Assembly (NCBI GenBank): GCA_021787335.1
Contig: JAJYMC010000049.1
Span: 14,053 to 78,052, forward strand
Source: Bacillota bacterium
Lineage (GTDB): Bacteria; Bacillota; Sulfobacillia; JAJYWN01; JAJZPE01
Direction: 5' to 3'
DNA: 64,000 nt
Part shown: one piece after another, positions 46,510-56,420 of the stretch
Position numbering within the stretch: the stretch's first letter is position 1
How the letters are laid out: each line of letters begins with the position of its first letter
The notes under the pieces: generated by a model
Database searches by the model: none
What the model saw: only the letters and a program-made list of their open reading frames with translations
Told to the model about the DNA's origin: nothing
Program-made: the position numbers and the translations under genes

Positions 46510-48357
46510 GTGAAGAACGCCGCCATCGCCGCCATGTTCCAAGAGATCGCCGACCTGCTGGCCATCAAGGGCGACGACTCGTTCAAGATAATGGCCTACA
46601 ACCGGGCCGCCCGGAGCGTGGCCGAGCTGACCGAGGACATCGCCGTGGTCGCCGCCGAGGACCGCCTGAAGGACATCCCCGGCATCGGGGAGGCCCTGGC
46701 GGCCAAGATCCGCGAGGGCCTGGAGACGGGCACGTGCTCGTTCCTCGAGGAGCTGCGGCGGGAGTTCCCGGCCGGACTCCTCGAGATGCTGCAGGTGCCG
46801 GGCGTGGGGGCGAAGACCGTCGCCCGCGTCTATCACGACCTGCACATCCAGAGCCTGCCCGAACTGGAGGCGGCGGCCCGGGCCGGACGGCTGGAGGGCC
46901 TGCCGAAGATCGGCCCCAAGACGCAACAGAACATCCTCGAGGGCATCGAGCGGCTGAAGCGCTCGCAGGGGCGCGTCCCCATGTGGAGCGCCCTGCCCCT
47001 GGCGATGAGCATGGTCGAGCGGTTGAACGTCCTGCCCGAGGTGGAGCGGATCGAGGTAGCCGGGAGCCTGCGGCGCTGGAAGGAGTCCGTCGGCGACCTG
47101 GACCTCGTGGCGGCGTCGCGCCAGGCGGACCGGGTCATCCAGGAGTTCACCCACCTGCCCGAGGTCACCAAGGTGACCGGGGCGGGGGAGACCAAGGCCA
47201 GCATCGTGGCCGTGGGCGGGGTCAACGTCGACCTGCGCGTGCTGCCGCCTGAGGACTATTTCACCGCTCTGCACCATTTCACGGGGTCCAAGGAACACAA
47301 CGTCCGCCTGCGCGGGCGGGCCAAGCAGATGGGCCTGAAGATCAATGAATACGGGCTTTTCCGCGTGCCAGGCGACCCCGGCGGGGGTGCGGCCGGCGAG
47401 ACCGGTGCCGAGGACAGCGCTCCGCCTGACGGCGCCGCCGAGAAGCTCAAGGTCGAGAGCGAGGAGGACCTCTACCGCTGGCTCGGCCTGCCTTACATTC
47501 CGCCCGAGCTGCGCGAGGACCGCGGGGAGGTCGAGGCCGCCGAGGCCGGCCGCCTGCCCGCGCTCATCGAGCAGAAGGACATCCGTGGCGACCTGCATAA
47601 TCACACCGATTGGAGCGACGGCCGGGCGACCATCGCCGTCATGGCCGAGGCCGGGCGGGCCCGCGGCTACGAGTACCTGGCCATCGCCGACCACACCAAG
47701 TCGCTGGCCTTCGCCCGCGGCCTCGACGAGACCCGCCTGCGGCAGCAGATGAAGGACATCGCCGCCTACAACGCGGCCCTGGCCGACGGGTCCGAGGCCG
47801 ACGGGTCCGAGGCCGACGACTCCGAGGCCGGCAACTCCCGGGCCGCCGGCGGCCTGCGCCTTCTGGCCGCCACGGAGGTCGACATCCTGCCCGACGGCCG
47901 CCTTGACCTGCCCGACGAAGTCCTGTCGGAACTGGATTTCGTCACCGCCTCCGTGCACAGCAACTTCCGCCAGACCCGCGAGCAGATGACTGAACGGGTC
48001 TGTCAAGCGATGAAGAACCCGAACGTGGACTCCATCGGCCATCCGACCGGGCGGCTCATCGGCCGCCGGGAGCCCTACGAGATCGACATGGAGAAGGTCA
48101 TCGACGGCGCCCGGGCCACCGGGACGTTCCTCGAGATGAACGCCTCGCCTGACCGCCTCGACCTGTCGGACCGGCACGCCCGCGAGGCCAAGGAGGCCGG
48201 GGTCAAGATGGTCATCAACACGGATGCCCACGACCCGAGGCGGCTCGACGAAATGCTCTACGGGGTCCACAACGCCCGCCGGGCCTGGCTCGAGCTGGAT
48301 GACGTGGTTAACGCCCATCCCTGGGAGGAAGTGCGCCGTTGGCTCAAGAAGGCTTGA
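46510..48357 (+). CDS. polX: DNA polymerase X / PHP domain
   Basis: AGSLRR, GDLD, HFTGSKEHN, DLHNHT.WSDG, GHPTGR, NTDAH. Confidence 0.95.
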   Translation: MKNAAIAAMFQEIADLLAIKGDDSFKIMAYNRAARSVAELTEDIAVVAAEDRLKDIPGIGEALAAKIREGLETGTCSFLEELRREFPAGLLEMLQVPGVGAKTVARVYHDLHIQSLPELEAAARAGRLEGLPKIGPKTQQNILEGIERLKRSQGRVPMWSALPLAMSMVERLNVLPEVERIEVAGSLRRWKESVGDLDLVAASRQADRVIQEFTHLPEVTKVTGAGETKASIVAVGGVNVDLRVLPPEDYFTALHHFTGSKEHNVRLRGRAKQMGLKINEYGLFRVPGDPGGGAAGETGAEDSAPPDGAAEKLKVESEEDLYRWLGLPYIPPELREDRGEVEAAEAGRLPALIEQKDIRGDLHNHTDWSDGRATIAVMAEAGRARGYEYLAIADHTKSLAFARGLDETRLRQQMKDIAAYNAALADGSEADGSEADDSEAGNSRAAGGLRLLAATEVDILPDGRLDLPDEVLSELDFVTASVHSNFRQTREQMTERVCQAMKNPNVDSIGHPTGRLIGRREPYEIDMEKVIDGARATGTFLEMNASPDRLDLSDRHAREAKEAGVKMVINTDAHDPRRLDEMLYGVHNARRAWLELDDVVNAHPWEEVRRWLKKA

Positions 48358-49358
48358 GGGGCCGGGGACAGGGCGCGGTCGAGCCCCGCGGCCCCGCCGT
48401 TTCCCGCGTCTTCCTCTTCTTCATCGATGGCCTGGGCATCGGCCCCGCCGACCCGGGCATCAACCCGTTCCTGGCGGCCAAACTGCCGACCTTCGACCGG
48501 CTCCTCGGCGGGCGGCGGCCGGTGTTGCCCGCGCCGGAGGTCATCCGCGCCCCGGAGGCCATCCTCGTCCCGACCGACGCCAACCTCGGCGTCCCCGGCC
48601 TGCCGCAGAGCGCGACCGGCCAGACGGCCCTCTTCTCCGGGGTCAACGCCCCGGCCCTCATCGGACGCCACCTCAACGCCTACCCCAACGAGGCCCTGCG
48701 CCAGGTCCTGAAGGAGAAGGGTCTCCTGCGCCGGGCGGTCGACCGCGGTTACCCGGCCACCTTCATCAACGCCTTCACCCACTTCTACACGGACATGGTC
48801 GAGTCCGGCGCCCGCAAGCCCTCGGCCTCGACGGTGACCGCCCTCGGGGCTGGCCTGGCCCTCCGCACCGTCGACGACCTCCTCGCCGGTCGGGCGGTCT
48901 ACCACGACGTCACCAACGAATGGCTCATCGCCCGCGGCTTCGACGTTCCGGTCATCGACCCGGAGACCGCCGGCCGGCGGGCCGCGGCCATCGCCCGGGA
49001 CCACAAGGTGGCCATGTTCGAGCACTTCCTGACTGACTTCGCCGGCCACGCTCAGGACCTGGCCGAGGCGGTCAGGATCCTCGAGCGCATCGACGCCTTC
49101 CTCGGCGCCTTCCTGGCCGACTACCCGCTGGGCGACTCACTCGCGGTCATCTCCAGCGACCACGGCAACGTCGAGGACCTCAGCGTCAAGACGCACACCC
49201 GCAACCCTGTCCCGACCATCGCCATCGGCGCTGGCCGCGAGGCGTTCGCCGGTCGCGTCACCGCCATCACCGACGTCACCCCCGCCCTGATGGACCTCCT
49301 CGGCGGGGACCAGCCCGTCGCCTCCATCCAAACGAGAGGGGTTCAACCCACCCGATGA
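48339..49358 (+). CDS. Alkaline-phosphatase-superfamily metalloenzyme (cofactor-independent PGM-like)
   Basis: FIDGLG, PQSATGQ, D.AGH, SDHGN, HT.NPVP; start could be TTG 48354. Confidence 0.8.
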   Translation: MAQEGLRGRGQGAVEPRGPAVSRVFLFFIDGLGIGPADPGINPFLAAKLPTFDRLLGGRRPVLPAPEVIRAPEAILVPTDANLGVPGLPQSATGQTALFSGVNAPALIGRHLNAYPNEALRQVLKEKGLLRRAVDRGYPATFINAFTHFYTDMVESGARKPSASTVTALGAGLALRTVDDLLAGRAVYHDVTNEWLIARGFDVPVIDPETAGRRAAAIARDHKVAMFEHFLTDFAGHAQDLAEAVRILERIDAFLGAFLADYPLGDSLAVISSDHGNVEDLSVKTHTRNPVPTIAIGAGREAFAGRVTAITDVTPALMDLLGGDQPVASIQTRGVQPTR

Positions 49359-51727
49359 TCGAAGACAGGACCCTCCGCTCCCTTGAATTCGATAAAGTCC
49401 GCGCCCTCCTGGTCGACCAGGCCTCCTGCTCGCTCGGGAAGGCCCTGGCGGCCGAACTCGCCCCGTCGGACGATGTCGGGACGGTCCGCCGCTGGCAGAC
49501 CGAGACCACCGAGGCCCGCGAGATTCTCCGCGGCCGCAATGAGGTCCCCCTCGGCGGCCTCCATGACGTGCGCCAGTACCTCCGCCAGGCGGCGGTCGGC
49601 TCGCTCCTGACCCCACCCGACTTCCTGGCCGTGGGCGACACCATCCGCGCCTCGCGCCGGCTGAAGCGGTTCTTCGCCGACGACCACGTGGTCGCCCCGG
49701 TCCTCGAGGAACTGGCCGCCGGCCTCGGGACCTTCGACCGGCTCGACGCGGAGATCCGCCGCGTCATCACCGAGCAGGGCGAGGTGGCCGACGACGCCAG
49801 CCCCGAACTGGCCAAGGTCCGCCGGACCATGCGTACCGTGCAGGACCGCATCCGCGACCGGCTCGAGTCCATCATCCACTCGCCCGAGTTCGGCAAGTAC
49901 CTGCAGGACCCGATCATCACCATGCGCGGCGAGCGCTACGTGGTCCCCATCAAGCAGGAATACCGCGGCCAGTTCGGCGGGGTCATCCACGACCAGTCGT
50001 CCAGCGGGGCGACCCTCTTCATCGAGCCGATGGCCGTGGTCGAGCTGAACAACGACCTCCGCCAGGCCGAACTGAAGGAGCGCGACGAGGTCATCCGCAT
50101 CCTCCGCGCCCTCACGGCGGTCCTGGCCGGTGAGGCCGAGGCCATCGGCTTCAGCCTTGACATCATGGCCCGCCTGGATTTCGCCTTCGCCAAGGGCAAG
50201 CTCAGCCTGGCTATGGAGGGCACCGAACCCTTCCTCAGCGCCACCGGGCGCCTGGAGATACTCCACGGCCGGCACCCGCTCCTGCGCGGCGACGTCGTCC
50301 CCGTGGACGTGCCGTTGGGCAAGGCCTTCGACACGATGGTCATCACCGGGCCGAACACCGGCGGCAAGACCGTCACCCTGAAGACCATCGGCCTGTTGAC
50401 CCTGATGGCCCAGGCCGGCCTGCATGTGCCGGCCAAGGACGGGACCGAGCTGGCCGTGTTCACCAGCATCTTCTGCGACATCGGCGACGAGCAGAGCATC
50501 GAGCAGAGCCTGTCGACCTTCTCCTCGCACATGACCAACATCGTCACCATCCTCGGCCACGTCGACGGCGAGTCCCTGGTCCTCCTGGACGAGCTGGGCG
50601 CGGGCACCGACCCCACCGAGGGCGCCGCCCTGGGCATGGCCATCCTCGAGCACCTCCACGCCCGCGGGGCCAAGACCGCCGCCACCACGCACTACAGCGA
50701 GCTGAAGGCCTTCGCCTACACGCGGCCGCGGGTGGTCAACGCCTCGGTCGAATTCAACGTCGAGACCCTGTGCCCGACCTACCGGCTGATGGTCGGGCTC
50801 CCCGGCCGCTCCAACGCCTTCGAGATCGCCCAGCGGCTCGGCCTCGAACCGGACATCATCAGCCGGGCCCGCGAGTTCATCTCCCGCGAGGAGCTGCGGG
50901 TCGAGGACCTCATCGTCAACATGCAGACCGATAAGGTGATGCTGGAGAAGGAACGCGAGGACGCGAAGCTCCTCCGGGAGCGCGCTGCCAAGCTGACCCG
51001 GGACCTGGAGATGCGCGAGGCCGAGACCCGCCAGAAGGAGCGGGAGGTCCTCGACCGCGCCCGCCAGGAGGCTTCGAACATCGTCGGGCGGGTCAAGCGC
51101 GAGGCCGATGAGGCCATGCGGCAGCTCAAGGCGGCGGCCTCGGCCGGCGACGAGAAGTCCCGGCTGCAGGCCATCGAGGCCGCCCGGACGCGGCTCCGCG
51201 AGCTCAAGGGGGAGGTCCGGGACAAGACCGCCGGGCCGGCCGAGCCCGTCCGCGAGGGGGGAGGGCCCGAAGGGCTGCGCCCCGGGGAGATGGTCCACTG
51301 CTTCAGTCTGCGACAGCGCGGTCAGGTCCTCGCCGAGCCCTCCGACGGCCGGGTCCAGATCCAGGTCGGGGTCATCCGGACGACGGTGCCCCTATATGAC
51401 CTCGCCCGCGTGGAGGACGAGGCCAGGGCGGCCGAGCGCTCGAACGTCGGCCAGATGGCCACGGCCAAGGCCCAGGCCATCTCGAATGAGCTCGACCTGC
51501 GCGGGCACACGGTCGACGAGGCCCTGGACGCGGTGGAGAAGTACCTTGACGACGCCTCCCTGGCCGGCCTGAAAAAGGTCTTCATCATTCACGGGAAGGG
51601 CACGGGCGCCCTCCGCCAGGCGGTCGGCAGCTACCTCCGGACCCACCCGGCGGTGAAGGGCACGCGCTTCGGCGACCAGCACGAGGGCGGCGACGGCGTG
51701 ACGGTGGCCGAGCTCGGGGAGGAGTAG
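49355..51727 (+). CDS. mutS2: Endonuclease MutS2
   Basis: HDQSSSGATLFIEP, ITGPNTGGKT, DIGDEQSIEQSLSTFSSH, C-terminal Smr IHGKGTG. Confidence 0.96.
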   Translation: MIEDRTLRSLEFDKVRALLVDQASCSLGKALAAELAPSDDVGTVRRWQTETTEAREILRGRNEVPLGGLHDVRQYLRQAAVGSLLTPPDFLAVGDTIRASRRLKRFFADDHVVAPVLEELAAGLGTFDRLDAEIRRVITEQGEVADDASPELAKVRRTMRTVQDRIRDRLESIIHSPEFGKYLQDPIITMRGERYVVPIKQEYRGQFGGVIHDQSSSGATLFIEPMAVVELNNDLRQAELKERDEVIRILRALTAVLAGEAEAIGFSLDIMARLDFAFAKGKLSLAMEGTEPFLSATGRLEILHGRHPLLRGDVVPVDVPLGKAFDTMVITGPNTGGKTVTLKTIGLLTLMAQAGLHVPAKDGTELAVFTSIFCDIGDEQSIEQSLSTFSSHMTNIVTILGHVDGESLVLLDELGAGTDPTEGAALGMAILEHLHARGAKTAATTHYSELKAFAYTRPRVVNASVEFNVETLCPTYRLMVGLPGRSNAFEIAQRLGLEPDIISRAREFISREELRVEDLIVNMQTDKVMLEKEREDAKLLRERAAKLTRDLEMREAETRQKEREVLDRARQEASNIVGRVKREADEAMRQLKAAASAGDEKSRLQAIEAARTRLRELKGEVRDKTAGPAEPVREGGGPEGLRPGEMVHCFSLRQRGQVLAEPSDGRVQIQVGVIRTTVPLYDLARVEDEARAAERSNVGQMATAKAQAISNELDLRGHTVDEALDAVEKYLDDASLAGLKKVFIIHGKGTGALRQAVGSYLRTHPAVKGTRFGDQHEGGDGVTVAELGEE

Positions 51728-51728
51728 G

Positions 51729-52409
51729 GTGGAAGCGGGGAGCGGGGTGGGACCGAAGAGCGGGGCGGAACCGGCGCTGGTCCACGAATACCGGCCCGAG
51801 GACGAGGGCCAATGGCTGAGGTGCCGCGTCCTGGCCTTCCTGGACACCGCCTACTTCGACAACGTGCTCCGGGAGAAGGAGCGGTACGGCAACCCCGCCA
51901 TCGAGCTCGTCGCCGAAAGCGAGGGGACGGTCGTGGGGCTGATCGACCTGGAGTGTGAGACTGCGCCGGGGACGGTCTGTTCTGCTCGTCCAGGCCTGGG
52001 CGCGATGATCTGGCACCTGGCGGTCCATCCGGACCATCGGCGGCTGGGCATCGCCGGCGCCCTGCTCACCGAGGCGACCAAGAGAGCCGCGGGGCGGGGC
52101 ATCGCCCGGCTGGAAGCCTGGACCCGGGATGACGCCTGGGTCCAGAAATGGTACGAAGCCGAAGGGTTCAGGCCGGTCGAGTCCTACCTCCACGTCTTTC
52201 TGGACGGCGGGCGGGAACTGAAGGGCGCCGTGCGCAACGAGATTCCCGGCCTGCTGCCCGTGCAGGCCTTCGCCCACTATGTCGGCGAGGACCCGGAGGG
52301 GATGAGGACCCGCTTTAAACGAGTGCATCAGTGCGTCCTCTATGAGCTGGGCATCATAGAACCCGGTGATGCGCTCGGCCCGGGTCTTCATCGAAGAAAG
52401 AGCCCTTGA
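51729..52409 (+). CDS. GNAT family N-acetyltransferase
   Basis: LAVHPDHRRLGIA..L, WY...GF. Confidence 0.85.
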   Translation: MEAGSGVGPKSGAEPALVHEYRPEDEGQWLRCRVLAFLDTAYFDNVLREKERYGNPAIELVAESEGTVVGLIDLECETAPGTVCSARPGLGAMIWHLAVHPDHRRLGIAGALLTEATKRAAGRGIARLEAWTRDDAWVQKWYEAEGFRPVESYLHVFLDGGRELKGAVRNEIPGLLPVQAFAHYVGEDPEGMRTRFKRVHQCVLYELGIIEPGDALGPGLHRRKSP

Positions 52410-53394
52410 ATACCCGCTCGGCAAGGAGCTATGGGACCGCTTCAGCGCCCGCGGCCCGGCGCCGACCCTCATCGGCTCGCACAATCGGGTCGGCCTGCCC
52501 AGCCTGAAAGGCTTCAAGGCCTACGCCGAGGCCAAGCGGACGCTGGTCGTCGGGGTCCGCAAGACCCTGTCCTTCCAGAGCTGCAAGCCTTCGGCCCACT
52601 ATCAACTGCCGCTGGTCACCAGCTGCCCCGGGATGTGCGAGTACTGCTACCTCATGACGACCCTCGGGCCGCGCCCGTACGTCCGGGTCTACGTGAACCT
52701 GGACGAGATTCTTGGGCGGGCCCTTGACTATGTGGAGAAGCGGGCGCCAGAGGTGACCGTCTTCGAGGGGGCGGCGACCTCGGACCCGCTGCCCCTGGAG
52801 ACGCTCACCGGCGCGCTGGCCAAGGTCATCACCGCCTTCGGGCGGACGGCCCTGGCCCGTTTTCGTTTCGCCACCAAGGACGACGGGGTCGGGCCGCTTC
52901 TCGACCTGCCCCATGAAGGCCACACCGAGGTCAGGTTCAGCCTCAATACGCGGACCGTCATCCGGCGACACGAGCACCGCGTGCCGGACCTGGAGCGGCG
53001 GGTCGCGGCGGCGGCCCGGACGGCCGCGGCCGGCTATCCCGTGGGCTTTCTCATCGCCCCGATCATCCTCGACAGCGACTGGCGGGCCGACTACGGCGAC
53101 CTCCTCGAGGAGCTGGCCACGGCCCTTCGCGAGGCCGGGTTGCCCGGCGGGACGCCGCCGACCACCTTCGAGCTCATCACCCACCGTTTCACCCCCAAGG
53201 CCAAGCAGACCATCCGGGGCATCTTCCCCGGGACCACCCTCCCCCTCGATGAGACCAGGCGCCGGTGGAAGATGGGGCAGTTCGGTTACGGCAAGTACCT
53301 CTACCGCGCGGAGGAGATGGAGGAGGTGCGGTCCTTCTTCGAGGAACGCATCGCCGCCCTCTTCCCGGAGGCGAAGATCCTGTATCTCGTCTGA
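52366..53394 (+). CDS. splB: Spore photoproduct lyase (radical SAM)
   Basis: KPSAHY, CPGMCEYCYL.TTLG, ELITHRFT, GQFGYGKY.Y. Confidence 0.93.
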   Translation: MMRSARVFIEERALEYPLGKELWDRFSARGPAPTLIGSHNRVGLPSLKGFKAYAEAKRTLVVGVRKTLSFQSCKPSAHYQLPLVTSCPGMCEYCYLMTTLGPRPYVRVYVNLDEILGRALDYVEKRAPEVTVFEGAATSDPLPLETLTGALAKVITAFGRTALARFRFATKDDGVGPLLDLPHEGHTEVRFSLNTRTVIRRHEHRVPDLERRVAAAARTAAAGYPVGFLIAPIILDSDWRADYGDLLEELATALREAGLPGGTPPTTFELITHRFTPKAKQTIRGIFPGTTLPLDETRRRWKMGQFGYGKYLYRAEEMEEVRSFFEERIAALFPEAKILYLV

Positions 53395-53464
53395 GTTGGG
53401 CCAAGCCCCGCCTGGCCCCGTCTGATTGAGTCACCTTCTCTGAACCCGGCACCGAAACACAAAC

Positions 53465-53494
53465 AAGCCCGGACCTGGTGTTGGTCCGGGCTTT
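53465..53494. terminator. Bidirectional terminator between splB and PBP gene
   Basis: AAGCCCGGACC-loop-GGTCCGGGCTT. Confidence 0.7.
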
Positions 53495-53568
53495 GCCATC
53501 CTGAACATGGGTTGTCCGCGGGGGCGCTTCAGAGGGTCGGCTGAGGCGGGCGGGGGGCGGGGAGCGTC

Positions 53569-55890
53569 TTACGGCCCCTTCTTCGGCCCGTGCAGGTCGC
53601 AGAACTCGGTCGGCGCGGCCTGCGCGGCGTCCTCGGGGACGTAGACCTGACCGGTCTTCTCGTCCACGTACGGGATCCACTTGGGCCGCTTCAGCATGAC
53701 CTTGGTCTCCACGTCGGCCGGCGGGCAGTACGGCGTGGCCAGCTTGCCCGATAGGCGATCGATCTTCACCAGCACGTGCACGGTGCAGGTCTGGGTGGGC
53801 TGGGTCCCGGGGAGGAAGACCTCGTCGTAGAGGTCCTCGGGCGGGCAGTACGGTCCGGCCAGCTCGCCGGACTTGCGGCAGACGGTGGCGTGGACGAGGT
53901 CCTTGGGCTCGGGGAAGTCCTCGACCGGCTTGCCGTCGTGGTAGGCCAGCATGCCGGCTTTCCAGACCTGGGCCGGGTAGGTCGAGCCGTAGACGTTCTT
54001 CATCGCCTTGGGCTGGTCGTAGCCCATCCAGACGGCCCCGGCGAGGTTCGGCGTATAACCCACGAACCAGGCGTCGACGAGGTCGGTGGTGGTCCCGGTC
54101 TTGCCGGCGGCCGGCCGGCCGATGTCCGCCGGGCGGCCGGTGCCGTTCTTGATGACCCCTTCAAGGATATTGGTCATCATCCAGGCCGTCTCGGGCTTGA
54201 GGACGACCGAGGTCTGCGGGTGGTGCTCCTCGAGGACGGTGCCGTTGCGGTCGACGACCTTGAGGATGGAGATGGGCTCGGCACGGATGCCGCCGTTGGC
54301 CAGGACGCCGTAGGCCGACGCCATCTCCAGCGGGATGACCCCGTCGGTCACGCCGCCGAGGGCCAGGGCCAGGGTGACGTCGTTGAGCTTGCCCGAGTCG
54401 TGAAGGGTGGTGATGCCCATCCTTTGGGCGTTCTCCAGGCCGACCTTGGGTCCGATCTGTTCCAGCATCTTCACGGCGACGACGTTGACCGACTGCTCGA
54501 CGGCCGCGCGGATGGTCATCAGGCCGCGGAAGCGCTTGTCGAAGTTCTGCGGCCACCAGGGCGACCCGTCGGGCTGGGTGTACATCACCGGCGAGTCGTC
54601 GACCACATAGGACGGCGGGTAGCCGGCGTCGATGGCCGGGGTGTAGACGGCCAAGGGCTTCATCGCCGAACCCGGCTGCCGCTTGGAGGCCACCGCGCGG
54701 TCCAGCCCGAGCCGGCGGTCGTAGGTCCGGCCGCCGATGATGGCCTTGATGTACCCGGTCTGCGGGTCGATGAAGGCCGCGGCCATGTCCGGCTGCGGAG
54801 GCCCGCCCTCCTTGATCGGGTAGTCGGCGTTGAGCATCTCCCGCATCCGCTCTTGCGCGGCCACCTGGGTCTTGAGGTTCAGGGTGGTGTAGACGCGCAG
54901 CCCGCCGCGGTAGACCTTCTCTTCGCCGTACTTCTTGAGCAGTTGCTGCAGGACGTAGTCGACGAACCAGTCGCCCGGGTACGACGTCGACTTCTTGCTG
55001 ACGATGGTGATCTTGTCTTTCTTGGCCTGGTCGGCGGCGGCCTTGTCGATGTACTTGTAGGCGACCATCTGGTCGAGGATCGTGTCGCGCCGCGCCAGGG
55101 CCGTCTTCAGATTGGCCACCGGGTTGTAGTTCTCGGGCGACCTGACGACGCCGGCCAGGAGGGCCGACTCGCCCAAGGTGAGCTGTCCGACGTCCTTCCC
55201 GAAGTAGTTCTGGGCGGCTGCCTGGACGCCGTAGTTGCCCCGGCCGAAGTTGATCTGGTTCAGGTACATCTCCAAGATCTCTTTCTTGGTGTAGCGCCGC
55301 TCGAGTTCGAGGGCGACGATGGCATCCTGAACCTTGCGCTTGAGGGTCCGGTCCATGGTCAGGAAGGCGGTCTTGGCCAACTGTTGGGTGATGGTGCTGG
55401 CCCCTTCGATGATCCCGCCGCCGGTGACGTCGACCCACAGGGCCCGCATGATGCCCCGCAGGTCGATCCCGTGGTGCTGGTAGAAACGATGGTCCTCGCC
55501 GGCGAGGAAGGCATCCTGTAGGCTCAGGGGGATGTCGCTGAGCTTGACCGGCATGCGGTTCTCGACCCCGTGGATCTGCCCGACGAGCTGGTTCTGGTCG
55601 TCGTAGACGAGGGTCGAGAGGTCCGGGTTGGGCCCGATATCGGCCAGGCTGGGCAGGCCCCGCAGGCTTGCGGCGACGAAGCCGAGCCCGGAAAGCCCGA
55701 TGAGGACGACGAGCACCAGGGCGACGAGCGCGGTCGCCCGGAAGACGTTCACTCCACGGCTGCCGGGGCTGACGAATTCACGCCAGTGGTCCAGGCTGAG
55801 CCAGCTTTTCGAGGAGCTCTTCGAGGACCGGGCCGAGCGGCCGGTGCCCTTCTTTCGCTTCGAACGGTTTCTTCTGACCCAGGTATCCAA
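53569..55890 (-). CDS. Class A penicillin-binding protein (PBP1A family)
   Basis: EDHRFY.H.G, GASTITQQ, RK..D, GSAMK, SVN, KTG; C-terminal Cys repeats; start TTG 55890 inferred from RBS. Confidence 0.93.
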   Translation of the reverse strand: MDTWVRRNRSKRKKGTGRSARSSKSSSKSWLSLDHWREFVSPGSRGVNVFRATALVALVLVVLIGLSGLGFVAASLRGLPSLADIGPNPDLSTLVYDDQNQLVGQIHGVENRMPVKLSDIPLSLQDAFLAGEDHRFYQHHGIDLRGIMRALWVDVTGGGIIEGASTITQQLAKTAFLTMDRTLKRKVQDAIVALELERRYTKKEILEMYLNQINFGRGNYGVQAAAQNYFGKDVGQLTLGESALLAGVVRSPENYNPVANLKTALARRDTILDQMVAYKYIDKAAADQAKKDKITIVSKKSTSYPGDWFVDYVLQQLLKKYGEEKVYRGGLRVYTTLNLKTQVAAQERMREMLNADYPIKEGGPPQPDMAAAFIDPQTGYIKAIIGGRTYDRRLGLDRAVASKRQPGSAMKPLAVYTPAIDAGYPPSYVVDDSPVMYTQPDGSPWWPQNFDKRFRGLMTIRAAVEQSVNVVAVKMLEQIGPKVGLENAQRMGITTLHDSGKLNDVTLALALGGVTDGVIPLEMASAYGVLANGGIRAEPISILKVVDRNGTVLEEHHPQTSVVLKPETAWMMTNILEGVIKNGTGRPADIGRPAAGKTGTTTDLVDAWFVGYTPNLAGAVWMGYDQPKAMKNVYGSTYPAQVWKAGMLAYHDGKPVEDFPEPKDLVHATVCRKSGELAGPYCPPEDLYDEVFLPGTQPTQTCTVHVLVKIDRLSGKLATPYCPPADVETKVMLKRPKWIPYVDEKTGQVYVPEDAAQAAPTEFCDLHGPKKGP

Positions 55891-56083
55891 GAGAGGAATC
55901 CCTTCCCTCCACGTGTTGGATGTGTTCACGGCGTGGTTGAGGGCGGAAAGCTGCAATGTAACATGCCTTAATTCCACGTCGGCGGGGGTTCTCCTGCCGG
56001 ATGGCAGGGCGCCGACCGCGCCCGACCTCGCTGAACCGCGCCACTTCCCGCGGCGCGGCCCGGTGTGGTATAATAGCGCCAAA

Positions 56084-56405
56084 CGATGAGGGAGAAGAGC
56101 GACCGGGCGATACGCCGTCTCAAGAGAGGCCGTGGCTGGTGCGAACGGTCCGGCGGCCGGGTCGCGTACCCTCCCGAGTTCCGCCCGAACGGCCCATCGT
56201 CTCGCCGTGCGTCGGCGCCGGCGAAGTCGGCCCGGTAGGCGCGGACGTCCGCCGGACGTTAACCCGGCTTCAAGAGGACGACGCCCGCGGGGCGGTCGCG
56301 ACGCGACCGAACTCCCTGCTAGAAGTAATTCGAGGCGGGCGCGTCAACTAGGGTGGTACCACGAAGGCCTTTCGTCCCTAAGACGGGATGAAAGGCCTAT
56401 TTGTT
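56084..56405 (+). ncRNA. T-box riboswitch (Tyr)
   Basis: AGAGA/GGTG boxes, specifier TAC (56167-69), T-box GGGTGGTACCACG, terminator; TG-N-TATAAT just upstream. Confidence 0.9.
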
Positions 56406-56420
56406 CCGGGAGGGATAGAC

